Part shown: positions 52,432-64,000 of the stretch, one piece after another
Position numbering within the stretch: the stretch's first letter is position 1
Layout: each line of letters begins with the position of its first letter
From: Guillardia theta CCMP2712
Lineage: Eukaryota > Protista > Cryptophyta
Length of the DNA: 64,000 nt
Direction of reading: 5' to 3'
Assembly (NCBI RefSeq): GCF_000315625.1
Contig: NW_005434582.1
Span: 242,636-306,635, forward strand
The notes under the pieces: generated by a model
What the model saw: the letters and a program-made list of their open reading frames with translations, nothing else
Databases searched by the model: none
What the model was told of the DNA's origin: nothing
Position numbers and translations under genes: made by a program

Positions 52432-53218
52432 TGAAAGAGGTCGCAGGTCACGACACGTTACGTCAAGGGGTCAGTTGCTTACTGGACTATCGACAAAGCT
52501 TGCGGGAAATGCTCCTTCGCCACCTCCGTACGTGACGAGTTCGTCCTCCTCCACCCTTCCTTCCCCTCCTTCCTCTTCCTCTTCCTCTTCCACCTCTTCT
52601 TTCGTTGGTACGCTCCGCTTCCCCAGTTTCCTTTCGTTTGCCCTCCGTTGTCGTCCTTGTTCCTCGCAGCTTCTCGTCTCCCTCCCTCCCTCCTCCCTCC
52701 CTCACTTTCTTTCCAGGTCAAGAGTTCCTGTCTTCCCAGTCAGTGCTTGGGCACCGCTGCAAGCAGTAATCTCAAACTTCCTCCTCCCTCGACCCTCTTG
52801 TCTTCTCCTCACAGCTGGTGACGTCAGGCTGTACTGCTGACTGCTACTTCAAGTCAGAGGAGCGATTCGACGTGAGTGAGGCCCTGGAGGAGCTGATGGT
52901 AGCGGATAGAGAAGGAGCTAGTGGTAGCGGATAGAGAAGGAGCTAGTGGTAGCGTCAGAGGAGGAGCTGGTAGGAGGACGGGGATCAGGAGGAGGGAGAG
53001 TGTCGCTAACCGATCTCGCGCAGCTCATCGAGTGTAAGGAATGCTCGGGAGATCTCTGCAACTTCTCCACAAGAAGAGCAGCACATCACCTGGTAGCCAT
53101 TCCTCCTCCTCCTTCCTCTCTCTTCTCTCGTTTCTCATCAGCTTCTCGTCCTTCGCAGGTGACGCTTCTCTTCTCCTCCGTCTTCCTCCTCCTCATCTTC
53201 CGCAAGTGCCGAGCCTGA
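51350..53218 (+). CDS. Cysteine-rich surface protein with Ly6/uPAR (three-finger)-like signature, signal peptide and C-terminal hydrophobic tail; many small exons
   Basis: MKTRRPVLPLLLLLVSGLT|PSQAIRC ... DLCDRTIDACRTT|VTTRYVKGSVAYWTIDKACGKCS ... LIECKECSGDLCN ... VTLLFSSVFLLLIF. Confidence 0.6.
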
Positions 53219-53350
53219 CCCAGCGAGAGAGAAAATGAAACTTCAATTGAATCACTCGAACAGTGGCGGACCCTTTTACAGCCCTCCCACTCTCCTTCCT
53301 CCTCCTCCTCCTCCCTCTCCTCCTCCCTCTCCTCCTCCCGCTTCTCAAGT

Positions 53351-56300
53351 CTATTCGTCTGTCTTCTGCTTTTTCCACTTGTGCGCCATCTCGAGGATCT
53401 TGAGAGCCTGCAACGTGACATCCAGTCAAATCAAGCCCTTCGCTCCCTCTCTCCCGCTCTCCCTCGCTCCCTCCCTCCCTCTCTCCCTCGCTCCCTCCCT
53501 CGCTCCCTCCTCAGCCTGCTTACCTGCGGCTTCTGCTCGTCCGGGAAGATGTAGTCGAAGTACTCCTCCCAGCCTGTCGTCTGAGCAGCCTCGAGTCACT
53601 CCCCTCCCTCCCCTCCCTCCTCTCTCTCACCTGCCCCTCCTCGTTCTGGATCGGTCGCTTCTTCTTGATCTGCACCTGCGTCAGATACACCTCCCCTCCC
53701 TCTTCTCCTCTTCCCCTTCCCACCTGCTTCGGTTGCTTTGCCCGGACGCTTTCAGGATCGCCAGCCTCTCCGAGGCCCTGCCAGTCATTCAGCTGGGCTT
53801 GACTTCGGCTTGAGCTTTTACCTCCTCCATCGCCAGCCAAGAGTCCAAAAGTAGCACGCGCTCCTCCTGCCAGCCGTATCAGCTTCCTCCTCCTCCTCCT
53901 CCTCCTCCTCCTCTTGCTCTCCTCCTCACCCCCCCTCCCCTCGTCCTCCTCCCGATTTCCCCTCTCTCCTTCTCGAGCTGCTGACCTTGGCGGTAGGATG
54001 GTCCGACGCTTGCAGGGCACTTTGCCATGGTCAGATCGAACAAAAGGAGGAGGTGGAGGGGCAGAGAGGAAGAGGAGCCTGGAGGGAGGGAGGGAGGGCA
54101 GTTGAGCAGGGGAGGTAGGGATGGAGGGCGGGGAGGTAGGGATGGAGGGCGGGGAGGTAGGGATGGAGGGCGGGGAGGTAGGGATGGAGGGCGGGGAGGT
54201 AGGGATGGAGGGCGGGGCAGAGGGGACGGTGAGGAGGCGAGGACCTGTCGCCTTTCTTGTAGAGAGCGCGAGCTCGATCAGCTTCGCCCGCGGAGCTCTC
54301 AAACTGAGCGGCGCTGATGAAGACCTTGACATGCGAGGTTCTCTCCAGGAGTCTGCAACTTGCTCAGCTACGTACAGGGAGGGAGGTGGGTGAGGGGACC
54401 TGCTGTACAAGGCCCGCGCCCTCTGTGTCTCTCCTTCCGAGACTTCAAAATCGATGTAGGCCTTCCACAGCACCTCTGGCATGTCCAGCAGCGACTGCAA
54501 CCTGATATGACGGAGAGCGAGAGGCAAAGAAGGAGGAGGAGGAGGAGGAGCAAAAGCAGGAGGAGCAGCAGCAGGAGCCGAATAGACCTGAGAAATGCCC
54601 AGCTCGAAGATTGCACGAGCTCTATCCAACTCCCCAAGCGATTGCTCGAGCTCTCCAAACGCTGTGGACACAACCATGAGGAGCAGGCGGAAAGGAGGAG
54701 GAGGGAAGAGGGGAAGGAAGTGAAGGGAGAGCACCAGTCCATGCCCGACAGTTGGCAGGGAAGCACTCGAGCTGCTTCTCGTAGATCATGCGGACCCTGG
54801 CGGACGATCAGGAGGCGCCAGGGGGCACATGGCGAGAGGAGGGCAGGCGAACCTGTCGATGTTGCCAAGCTGAAGCTCCATCTCTATGTAGCTCTTGAAG
54901 ATCTTGACCGAAGCTCGTCAGATCCTCCTCCTCCTCCCTTGTCCCTTTCTTGTCACTTCCCTCCTCCTCCCTTGTCGCTTTCTTTTCACTTCCCTCCTCC
55001 TCCCTTGTCTCTTTCTTTTCACTTCCCTCCTCCTCCTTACCTTTTCCTTCGGTGCAGTTCCGATCGCTCGGCCCAACACCTGCAATCTCCATCACTTCTC
55101 CCTCGCTTCCTCAACCTCCTCAACCTTTCGTGCGGCCGCCAAGTCCTTCTGCCGGATTTCGAGTTGAGCGGCCATGACCCAGAGCTTGGCGAATGTGAAG
55201 GTGCTGGGAAGAGAGTGAGGGGGGAGGAGGGAGAGAGCAAAAGTGAGGGGGTGCAAGGAGGAGGGGTGGGGGAGGAGGGGGAAGGAGGGGTCAACCTATG
55301 AGGTATCACTTTGAGTGCCTCCCGGTACACCTGCATCGCTCTCGTCAGGTTCGTGGGGTCAGCACGAGGACTCGCTCGACCAGTCGCGCTCGCTCGACGT
55401 CCTTGAGCGAGACTTCCTCGAAGACAGCGTAGTAGATCCAGAGGTAGACGTACCTGCCCCCGCCATCACCTCCTTCCACCCGCTCGGGCAACTACCTTCT
55501 CCATGCTCGCTTCTCCATGGATGGAGGTTTCTGAGCGATCGCTCGCTCATATACTTCCCGCACCTTGCAGGCGTTTGAGCTTCTCAAGCGGCTTCGCCTT
55601 GACCTCCATCGCTCCTCTCACCTTCTCCGCGTCTCCATTGGCCTCCTCGAGCCTCACGTAGTCGAACCAAGCGTCGTAGTTATAGGGATGCTCCTTCACC
55701 TCCTCCTGCTCCTCATCTCAGCGCCAGCAAACCAACCAGAAACCGGCGACCTCGTACTGGAAGCGTCGCTTGGACACGATGACGTCTTCGATCCCTTCCC
55801 TATCGTCTCCCCGTGACCCTCCTGCCACCCTCCTCATCCTCATCCTCATCCTCGTCACCTGTCGCCATGCTGCTTCTCGAATGCGACAAACGCTTGGTAC
55901 AACTCATTCGCCTGTGGGACTTCAGCGCGTGCGATGGAAACCAGGAGGTCACTTTGCTCTTCGGGATGTTGTCCAACGCAAACTGCAGACGTGGACGAGT
56001 GAGACAGAAGGAGGTGAAGACTGCCGGGTCACCTTGTAGATCGCCCTCGCCCTCTCTGATTCCTTCACCTGCTCTTCAAACTGCTCCTGCCTCAGGCCGG
56101 AACTTCACACGCATCACTTGCCTTGGCGAATGCGAGCAGCAGCTCAGGCTCGTAGGCAAACTCGCCGAGGTCTTCGATGGCTCTCTCGTAGACATTTCGC
56201 GCTGCTCAACCATCAGGGAGGGAAGGAGCGAGAGAGGGTGAGGAGATGGGGAATTAGAGGGAAGGCTTCTTGCCTTGAGGGATGGTTCCATGCTTTGTCT

Positions 56301-57333
56301 CGAACTTGGCGTACTTCATCCAGGTGCTCACCTGGTAATCAACTGAATGCAGTCAAGACAAAACACGACGACCGACCTTAGGGGCCACAGAGATGAATCG
56401 TTCGAAGATCTCGCGAGCTCTCTCCACCTGCATCGCGTCTCACTTTCTCCATCCTCAAGCTTTCATCGCAACCTCGCGGTATCTCAACTCCATCTTGATG
56501 TATGAGGTCCACGCGTTGTCCTCCGGCACCCACTGCATCCACCTGCCGTGCCGAGTCAGGAGAGCGTCGAGGCACGCAAGCTCCTGCTGAGACAACCGGT
56601 CGAAGATCTGCCGCGCTCCAGCCACGTTTCCAAGCATCTCTTCCATGTATGCATACTTGTACCAGAACTGATCCACTCTCGGACTGCAAGGAAAAGATCA
56701 AAACCAGCATCTCAGTAAGCTAAGGATCACAGGATAGCCACAGCTCGGTCCCAGATGTTGCGAGCTCTGTTGATGTTTCGATGTCTCATCTCCATCTCCG
56801 CATATTTCAACCAGATAGTGACATTCCGTGAGTCTGTGCACCAGAATCAGACAACAAGACGGCAGAGCTCCGATCTCACCTATTTCCAACGCTCGCTCCC
56901 ACACACTTCTCGCCCTGTCGAACTCAAGTTGCGTTTCCTCCCACATGGCATACTTGACCCAAAGAGGGATCGCGTTGCGGTTGCGGCGGATGCCATCTTC
57001 AAACTCCTTCCTCTTGCGTTGCCTGACAACAGCAGTGAGGAGCAGAAGCACGGCTCAGGGACCCACCGATAGTCTGCGAGCTCATCGGGGTCAGTGATCT
57101 TCTGCTTGGGAGGTTTCGGGTCTTCCTCTTGTCTTTCTTTCGCCTCTCTGAGGATTTGTTCGGCAGTGATCTGACAGCCAACGGATCACTAAGACAGCGA
57201 GGCAGCGAGAAGCTTAGGATCGTCTTGTCACCTGGACAGGCGCAGGCTGCTTGTTCTTCACTCGCGCCATGGAATGGAATCCACGCATGTTGGAGCGATC
57301 GTTGGCAGCCTGAGTCGGCTCTCCTTTGGTCAT
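53351..57333 (-). CDS. CRNKL1: Pre-mRNA splicing factor crooked neck / Clf1 / SYF3 (HAT repeats), multi-exon; start codon uncertain (57366, 57333 or 57288)
   Basis: [12 protein letters not shown]|[74 protein letters not shown] and [14 protein letters not shown]. Confidence 0.95.
54111..54215. repeat. 21-bp G-rich minisatellite, about 5 copies (GGGAGGTAGGGATGGAGGGCG), in a CRNKL1 intron
   Basis: Directly visible in the sequence. Confidence 0.85.
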
Positions 57334-57896
57334 CAACCTGTCCACTACTTTCTTTTGCTTCTCCATCTTGAGAAACCAGACGTGCAACCTAGCCCCCCTT
57401 CCAACTCCGACCTGATTGAGCAAGACCTGTCAATGAAAGACCAAACACGAGAGAACAAGATAGAACACATCGATGCATGAGCAACCTACTATTGCAAATT
57501 GTTTAAATTGCATCGTCAATTGATCAACAGGAAACAGGCTTCTCAAACATTTTGAACTATATATCTGTCCTCGTCTTAACCATCTTCAGCTCTGATATGT
57601 GTCAAACACAAGCCTGAAGTACACCTAAAAAATATACCCCATCCTTCTTTCTTCCTTTTCCTCGCCTGTACTACCCTCCTGCCTCCCCCGCCTCCTACCC
57701 CCCCCCCCAATTCCCTGTTATGTTATACCCAGCCCTGCACCGCCTTACATGTCCAATCTCCTCAGCTCTCTCTCTCTCTATCGCCCTGTCTGTCCTNNNN
57801 NNNNNNNNNNNNNNNNNNNNNNNNNNNNNNNNNNNNNNNNNNNNNNNNNNNNNNNNNNNNNNNNNNNNNNNNNNNNNNNNNNNNNNNNNNNNNNNN

Positions 57897-58061
<165 letters not shown>

Positions 58062-58139
58062 TATTTCTCTCATTCTCTATTTCTCTCATTCTCTTCGCCT
58101 CTCTGTCGCCTCTTCCGTTCAGCCCTGCATGCTTCCTCC

Positions 58140-58860
58140 TCATTTAACCCTCCCGCCGTCTCCCTCTGTACTACCCCTACCCATATATCCTCTTTTTCTG
58201 CATTACGTACAGTGGGGTACCCGTACTACCCCACCCTACCCACTCTCACCCCTTTCCCTGCCTCTGGTTTCCAGGCTCTTAGCGAGGCGGACCCGGCCTG
58301 TGAGTCTCAGGGGGCCGATGGGACTCAGGGCCGGTGCTCTACTAGTACTACTACTCTGATCACCATTCCGAAGTTCCTCTTTCAGTTTGCTTCACTCAGT
58401 TTCACCGCAACGCGGTTTGACTCAGGGCCAGAATGGGAAGTGTTGGAACTCCGGGAGTCCGGGGTGCCAGTACAGTGTTGAGGCGGAGCTCAGTACTCAA
58501 CTTCCGTCTGGCAAGTTCGGAAGGAGCGGTCATGACAGTCACGGTGATAGAAGCGCCGTACTATGATCAGTAGTATGACTCAGTCGATGCCCTCGCAGGG
58601 CCGGGCCGGCCGCGGCCCGGGACTCGGATGGCGCCGGGCGAATCGAATCACTCCTCCAACAGCCTGACTGGGCCAGGCCGCCGCCCGAGGATGGCTTGAG
58701 TCACTCACTGTACCGTGACCTGAGCCTGATCGTCCGATCTATAGGTAGGGGTACCATACCATACGGTGTCACTGGCTATGATGATGTTCAAGTTGCCCGG
58801 AGGCTTCTTGAACCTCTGAGAGTCAGTTGAGCCTGAGTGACAGTGGTTCCGACTCTTTAC
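58140..58860. other. Intergenic island 8: TACCCC tract then palindromic-word core
   Basis: TGACTCA at 58418 and 58576, TGAGTCA at 58697, gggccgggccggccgcggcccggg and actccgggagt. Confidence 0.6.
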
Positions 58861-58881
58861 TGCCAGGCGGGCTTGGAGAGC

Positions 58882-59997
58882 CTACAAGACAGGCTTACTC
58901 GGATACTTCCAGTCCTTCTGCTCAATCTGCAATCCGGTCAATCATGACGAGCACATCAATTCTCTGATCTACCATCGACACCCCGTCATCGTTTCTTGTC
59001 TGTCGACTTTGCGGCCCAACGACCTGCAGGCTCCTCAGCGGGCCTCAGCTGGGGTGAGCTGGCTTACCTTCGGCGCGACGTCATTGCCGGTCTCGGCGGC
59101 TCGTTCGGCTCGGAGCTGGTCGACGGTCTTTCCTCGCAGAGCCTCGCGGTAGAACAGAAGCCAATTGACACACTGAGCCCGCCTCGTCTTGTTGGGCGTC
59201 AGCTCCTCAAGCTTGAAGCCCGTGAAGCCAAGCGGTCGAAGATGCTCCTTCACGCCCTGCCAGACCTCAGCCTCCTCCCTCGTCCCTCAGCCTCCTCCCT
59301 CGTCCCTCAGCCTCCTCCCTCGTCCCTCAGCCTCCTCCCTCGTCCCTCAGCCTCCTCCCTCGTCCCTCAGCCTCCTCCCTCGTCCCTCAGCCTCCTCCCT
59401 CGTCCCTCAGCCTCCTCCCTAGTCTCTTGTTCCTCCTTTCCTTCCCCTCCTCCCCTTCACCTGTTTGTACTTCATCGGTATACTCGCGACGAGCTGCTGA
59501 TTCGCCTTCTGGCAGGGTCGGTCTATCTCGTAGGTGTAGTTCCTCGTGACCCCTGTGACGGCGTCAGGAGCGCTCAACCCTCGCAGCTGCTCACCAATGA
59601 GGTCAGGAGGAGAGGGATACTTCTCGCGCCACTTGGGGAACACGTTGTCGTTGATGTAGCTCCCGTCCTCCTTCCTCTCGTATCCCAAGCACTTCCACAC
59701 CAGCTCGTTCACGAACTGGTCAGTTGTCTCGCTGCGGATGATGGTGAGGAGTCTCTCATTGGAGAGCTCGTCCTCCTCCTCCTCGGGATCGAACGTGTCT
59801 AGCACAAAGTCTGCAGCCATCTTCATATCCCTCCTCTCCGCTCTCCTCTTCAGCGAGAGATCGTAGCGGGGTGATGGCCGCACACACACATGCTTGGTGT
59901 GGGCATGAAGGGCGTGGAGGCTGGTAGAGGTGAGGTAGCCATAGCAGCGACAGAGCGAGAGAAGTGCTACAAGGCAGGAGAAACTCGAAATCCTCAT
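58882..59997 (-). CDS. DUF1823-family protein (cyanobacterial-type), probably plastid-targeted, multi-exon; last exon tentative
   Basis: DQFVNELVWKCLGY, WREKYPSPPDLIG, LVASIPMKYKQ|GVKEHL..LGFTGFKLEELTPNKTRRAQCVNWLL. Leader MRISSFSCLVALLSLCRCYG|Y followed by an S/R/H-rich transit-like peptide. Confidence 0.8.
59265..59420. repeat. 20-bp minisatellite, about 7.7 copies (CCTCAGCCTCCTCCCTCGTC), filling a DUF1823 intron
   Basis: Directly visible in the sequence. Confidence 0.9.
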
Positions 59998-61594
59998 CGC
60001 TCCTTGACCTGTCAAGCAAATCAGATGTATGTTTGCTGCCTCCCATCATCACAATACTCGCAACTGCTACCCATAACCTCATACCTATCTCCCTCTCTAA
60101 ATCAACTCACACATCGCCGCTACTCCCTTCCCCACTTCGCTCTCCTTCCCCCTCCTCTCCCCTGCCTTCTTCCTCCTTGTTCTCTCTCCTTGCTCTCTCT
60201 CCTTGTTCTCTCTCCTTGTTCTCTCTCATCGCGGCCTTCTCGCTTGCACGCTTGTCATTCGGTCAGCATGGCGGCCGCGTATTTGCACGACGGAAAGAGG
60301 AGAGTGAGGTAATTCTTGTCGCTGCCCTCAAAACTACTCTGAGGCAGACTTGATATCAGATCTCCGGAACGAAAAAATGTAGGCTGAAGCCAACCGAATG
60401 GCGGAGCAAGAGCGAGAAAGGGAGAGGGAGAGAGGGAGAGGGAGAGGGAGAGGGAGGAGGGAGAGGGAGGAGGGACGAGGGACGAGGGACGAGGGACGAG
60501 GGACGAGGGACGAGGGACGAGGGACGAGGGGAGAGGGAGAGGACGGANNNNNNNNNNNNNNNNNNNNNNNNNNNNNNNNNNNNNNNNNNNNNNNNNNNNN
60601 NNNNNNNNNNNNNNNNNNNNNNNNNNNNNNNNNNNNNNNNNNNNNNNNNNNNNNNNNNNNNNNNNNNNNNNNNNNNNNNNNNNNNNNNNNNNNNNNNNNN
60701 NNNNNNNNNNNNNNNNNNNNNNNNNNNNNNNNNNNNNNNNNNNNNNNNNNNNNNNNNNNNNNNNNNNNNNNNNNNNNNNNNNNNNNNNNNNNNNNNNNNN
60801 NNNNNNNNNNNNNNNNNNNNNNNNNNNNNNNNNNNNNNNNNNNNNNNNNNNNNNNNNNNNNNNNNNNNNNNNNNNNNNNNNNNNNNNNNNNNNNNNNNNN
60901 NNNNNNNNNNNNNNNNNNNNNNNNNNNNNNNNNNNNNNNNNNNNNNNNNNNNNNNNNNNNNNNNNNNNNNNNNNNNNNNNNNNNNNNNNNNNNNNNNNNN
61001 NNNNNNNNNNNNNNNNNNNNNNNNNNNNNNNNNNNNNNNNNNNNNNNNNNNNNNNNNNNNNNNNNNNNNNNNNNNNNNNNNNNNNNNNNNNNNNNNNNNN
61101 NNNNNNNNNNNNNNNNNNNNNNNNNNNNNNNNNNNNNNNNNNNNNNNNNNNNNNNNNNNNNNNNNNNNNNNNNNNNNNNNNNNNNNNNNNNNNNNNNNNN
61201 NNNNNNNNNNNNNNNNNNNNNNNNNNNNNGGCTGGAGACTGGGGGCAGTCAAAAATGGGCAGTGTAGGGAGGAGGGGCGCGGAAAATTTTGCGAGGGGCA
61301 GAAAGGGAAAGGGGAAGGGAAGGGAATGAGTTTTGAAGAGAGAACGAAAGGGGTGAGGAAGAGAGAAGGGGAGGAAATGGGCGGAGATCAAGGAAGAACC
61401 TCTTGTATTGTCGTGACATTGTTAGAGGTTCGTCTTGCCTCTTGTGAGTGTTTGAATGTCGGTTGGTGTCATCGAAACAATGAGAGGAGGGCTGAGATGG
61501 AATTGACGGTACCCTTCAAGCTGAATAGGAGGAGCATCTGGGTACAAGAGGAGCATCTGAGTCATACCACGACATGTCGCTCTAAGTCAAGGAC

Positions 61595-64000
61595 ATGTCT
61601 TCATCCCCTGCCAAAAGAAAGCTTGAGGTCTTGACGCACTTCGACGAGGTTTCCATCCTCTTACTCCTTCCCCTCTCCGCTTCCCCTCATCTCCTCCTCC
61701 CCCATCCATTTCCTCCCTGGTCCCCGACCTCCGCTGTCTCTGCCTTACCTTCGGCGTCACTTGCGACAGAGCGCTGCCCATGAACATCTCGCCGCTGCCG
61801 ATGGTCATCTCATCTGGGTACGATCCCACGCGTGCGCTCCCTCCTCTCATCCCTCTGCTTAGACTCGCAGCCGCGCGCGCAAGGTGGAGGAGGAGGCGAA
61901 AGCCAATGGCTCGTGCGGGATGACCCCCGACCTCAAGCTCATGTCCCTGGCCGCTCAAGCTCGGGGCAGAGGTGATGCTGCTGCATGCTGAAAGCTCGCC
62001 TGACTAGGACGAAGAGGACGAGACGGTCGGGAGGTCGCTAGGCAGAGACTTCGAGGAGCACCAGGTGAGCAAGCGAGAAATGAAGACGAGAAGGAGCGAG
62101 AGAGGAAGGAGTGGCAATGAGGACAGAGAGGAGGAGGTCGCAAGGTCTCAGGTGAAGAGCTTCTACAGGAGGACAAGTCTCCACCACTGCGGGTGTATGC
62201 AGGCAAGTGGCAGATGGCAGGACAGCAGGTAGTGACGGCATCGCAGTGACGTGGAACCTGGCGGGAAAGCTTCCTCCTGCTAGCATCGGCGGCATCACGC
62301 CATCGGAGGACACTGACATCTTCGCTATGGCAACGCAGGTAGAGAAAATGAAGAGAAGCCGTGAGGGAGATCAGACAGAGAAAGTAAGCCAAGCCAAGCT
62401 AGCGATGCAATGAAGAGAACAGAGCAGAGCAGAGCAGAGCAGAGCAGAGGAGTAGTCTATGCTTGTCTTCCTAGTCTAACATCTTGTTGTGAAGGAGTGC
62501 ATGGTTAACTGCGGTACCCTTCAGTCTTTTCTCCGTCCCAGGTCCTCGAGGACTCGATCTGCCCGCACCTTTTGACCCTCCGCTAGTAAGGCCAAGTGGG
62601 AGCGACGAGTGAAAGCGATCCTCGGGCCTGACTTCCGAAAGGTTTACACCTCCTCTTCCACCACCATCCTCCCCTCATGAGCTCCTCCTTTCCGTTGCCC
62701 GCTCCCTTTCACCCTCCCCTCGCCTTTGCCTCCTCCTCCTACAACTGCTACTCGTTCTGGTCAGGATGGTGAGCGGACGCTTTCAGGTAGCGAGCTACAC
62801 GCTCAACGCCATGCACCTCGTGGTCTACGCGCGCAAGGAAATCTTCAAGCAAGTAGTGCAAGTCAAGGTGGCCTCAGATGCCTCTAGTCTTGGCTTCTTC
62901 TCCTTGTGTTTCCCTCTACCTGCTTGACCAGCACGTTGTCGCAGATTCATCACGTTGCGACAGGGTTCTTGGGTCTTGTTGGGAATAAGGTTGGGAAGAC
63001 GAAGAGACAGGGGGGGACGGAAACAAACAGGGCGAGCGAGGGGAGGGGAGGGAGACAGGAAGAGGGAGGGAGGGAGGGAGAGGTCGAGGAGGAAAGGGAG
63101 GACAAGTTGGTGTTTGGTTGACCTTGCAAACAGGGAGGCATAGCCGTCAAATTTTCTTTGGGCGATCGAAGTTTGTGCTTCATAAACTCTCATCTCTCGG
63201 CACATCAGTCGCAGGCGAGGAGGGAGAGGAGGATCAAAGGCGGGGGAACAGCGGGGGAGGAGGGAGAAGGGGAGGGAGTTGTGATGGGAATGAGAAGGTG
63301 GAGGAGAGGAACGAAGATTGGAGGAAGATCGAGCGAGGGCTGACGAAACAGGTAAGGATGAAGAGGAGGCAGGAAGAGACTGAGAGGTCGGCAGATGATG
63401 CCCCGTAGACGTGGAGGCGCATCCTCGATCAGACTAGGACAGGGTGATGCTCCTCCTTCTCTTCTACCACCCCGCTGATCCGATTCCCAGCTGCTGCTGC
63501 TCTCGTCCCATCGTGGAGGTTTGTCTCATGTCATTCTTGCTATCTTCTCATCTCTTGGTTGCCTCTCTTGCCGGGCAGGTCTCGTCGAATTGTCGACGAC
63601 TCTTTAGAGCAGGTCTCCTCCTCCCCTCCTCTCCTTCTCTCCTCCTCCTCCCCTTTTCCTCTTCCTCCTTCTCCTCTCCTTCTCTTCTGATATTCACAAG
63701 GGCCTGGAGGACATGAGAGAAGAAGAGCTTGCTGACTTCACGATATGGATGGGAGACCTCAACTATCGTATCGACCTCGCGAGAACTGAGGTGATTCCCT
63801 ACCTCCTCCTCCACCTCCTTCACCTCCTCCTCCACGGGGGGTCGCCTCCTTCTACACCTACTTCTCCTCCTTCGCCCCCTCCTTCTCATTCTGCTCAAAC
63901 TCTTTCTGATCCTCTTCCAGATACATATCCTCTTAATGCACGGCCACCGAGACAATAAGCGGCTTGGGATCTGGATGATGCGGCTGCTTTGCTTTCAGAC
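61595..64000 (+). CDS. Inositol polyphosphate 5-phosphatase, multi-exon; 5' end uncertain and 3' end runs off the window
   Basis: LRVYA|VTWNLAG, DIFAMATQ|E, MHLVVYARK, VATGFLGLVGNK|GGIAV, LCFINSHLSAHQ and IWMGDLNYRID. Confidence 0.88.

Noticed and set aside
60268-60310. Possible first exon MAAAYLHDGKRRV followed by GTAATT
   Set aside because: It runs into gap 60548-61229 and cannot be tied to a gene.

Overview
Gene-dense, GC-rich eukaryotic nuclear DNA with many short GT-AG introns, microsatellite-filled introns and spacers, and eight N-gaps. Two genes carry bipartite plastid-targeting leaders (signal peptide followed by an aromatic residue) and several are ciliary. This points to a flagellate alga with a secondary red plastid, most plausibly a cryptophyte of the Guillardia/Hanusia type (inference). 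About 17 protein-coding loci were hand-spliced: DUF3431 protein, unknown protein, plastid ABC-F, CFAP47, CaMKK-like kinase, TPR-ankyrin-SET protein, FSIP1-like protein, intronless bacterial-type methyltransferase, single-domain voltage-gated cation channel, eIF2-beta, truncated TKL-type kinase, MGCG-acylated coiled-coil protein, GT-A/GT4 glycosyltransferase fusion, Ly6/three-finger-like surface protein, CRNKL1, DUF1823 protein and an inositol 5-phosphatase. The most unusual non-genic signal is a recurring class of intergenic islands, about every 4-14 kb. They are built from a small vocabulary of short palindromic words (CCGG, GASTC, GTSAC, CTSAG, TGASTCA, GTAC), often sit beside strand-biased TACCCC/GGGGTA tracts, and always lie upstream of at least one gene. 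No rRNA, tRNA or CRISPR array was seen. Family assignments come from motif recognition, not database searches, and gene coordinates are hand-derived spans that include introns.
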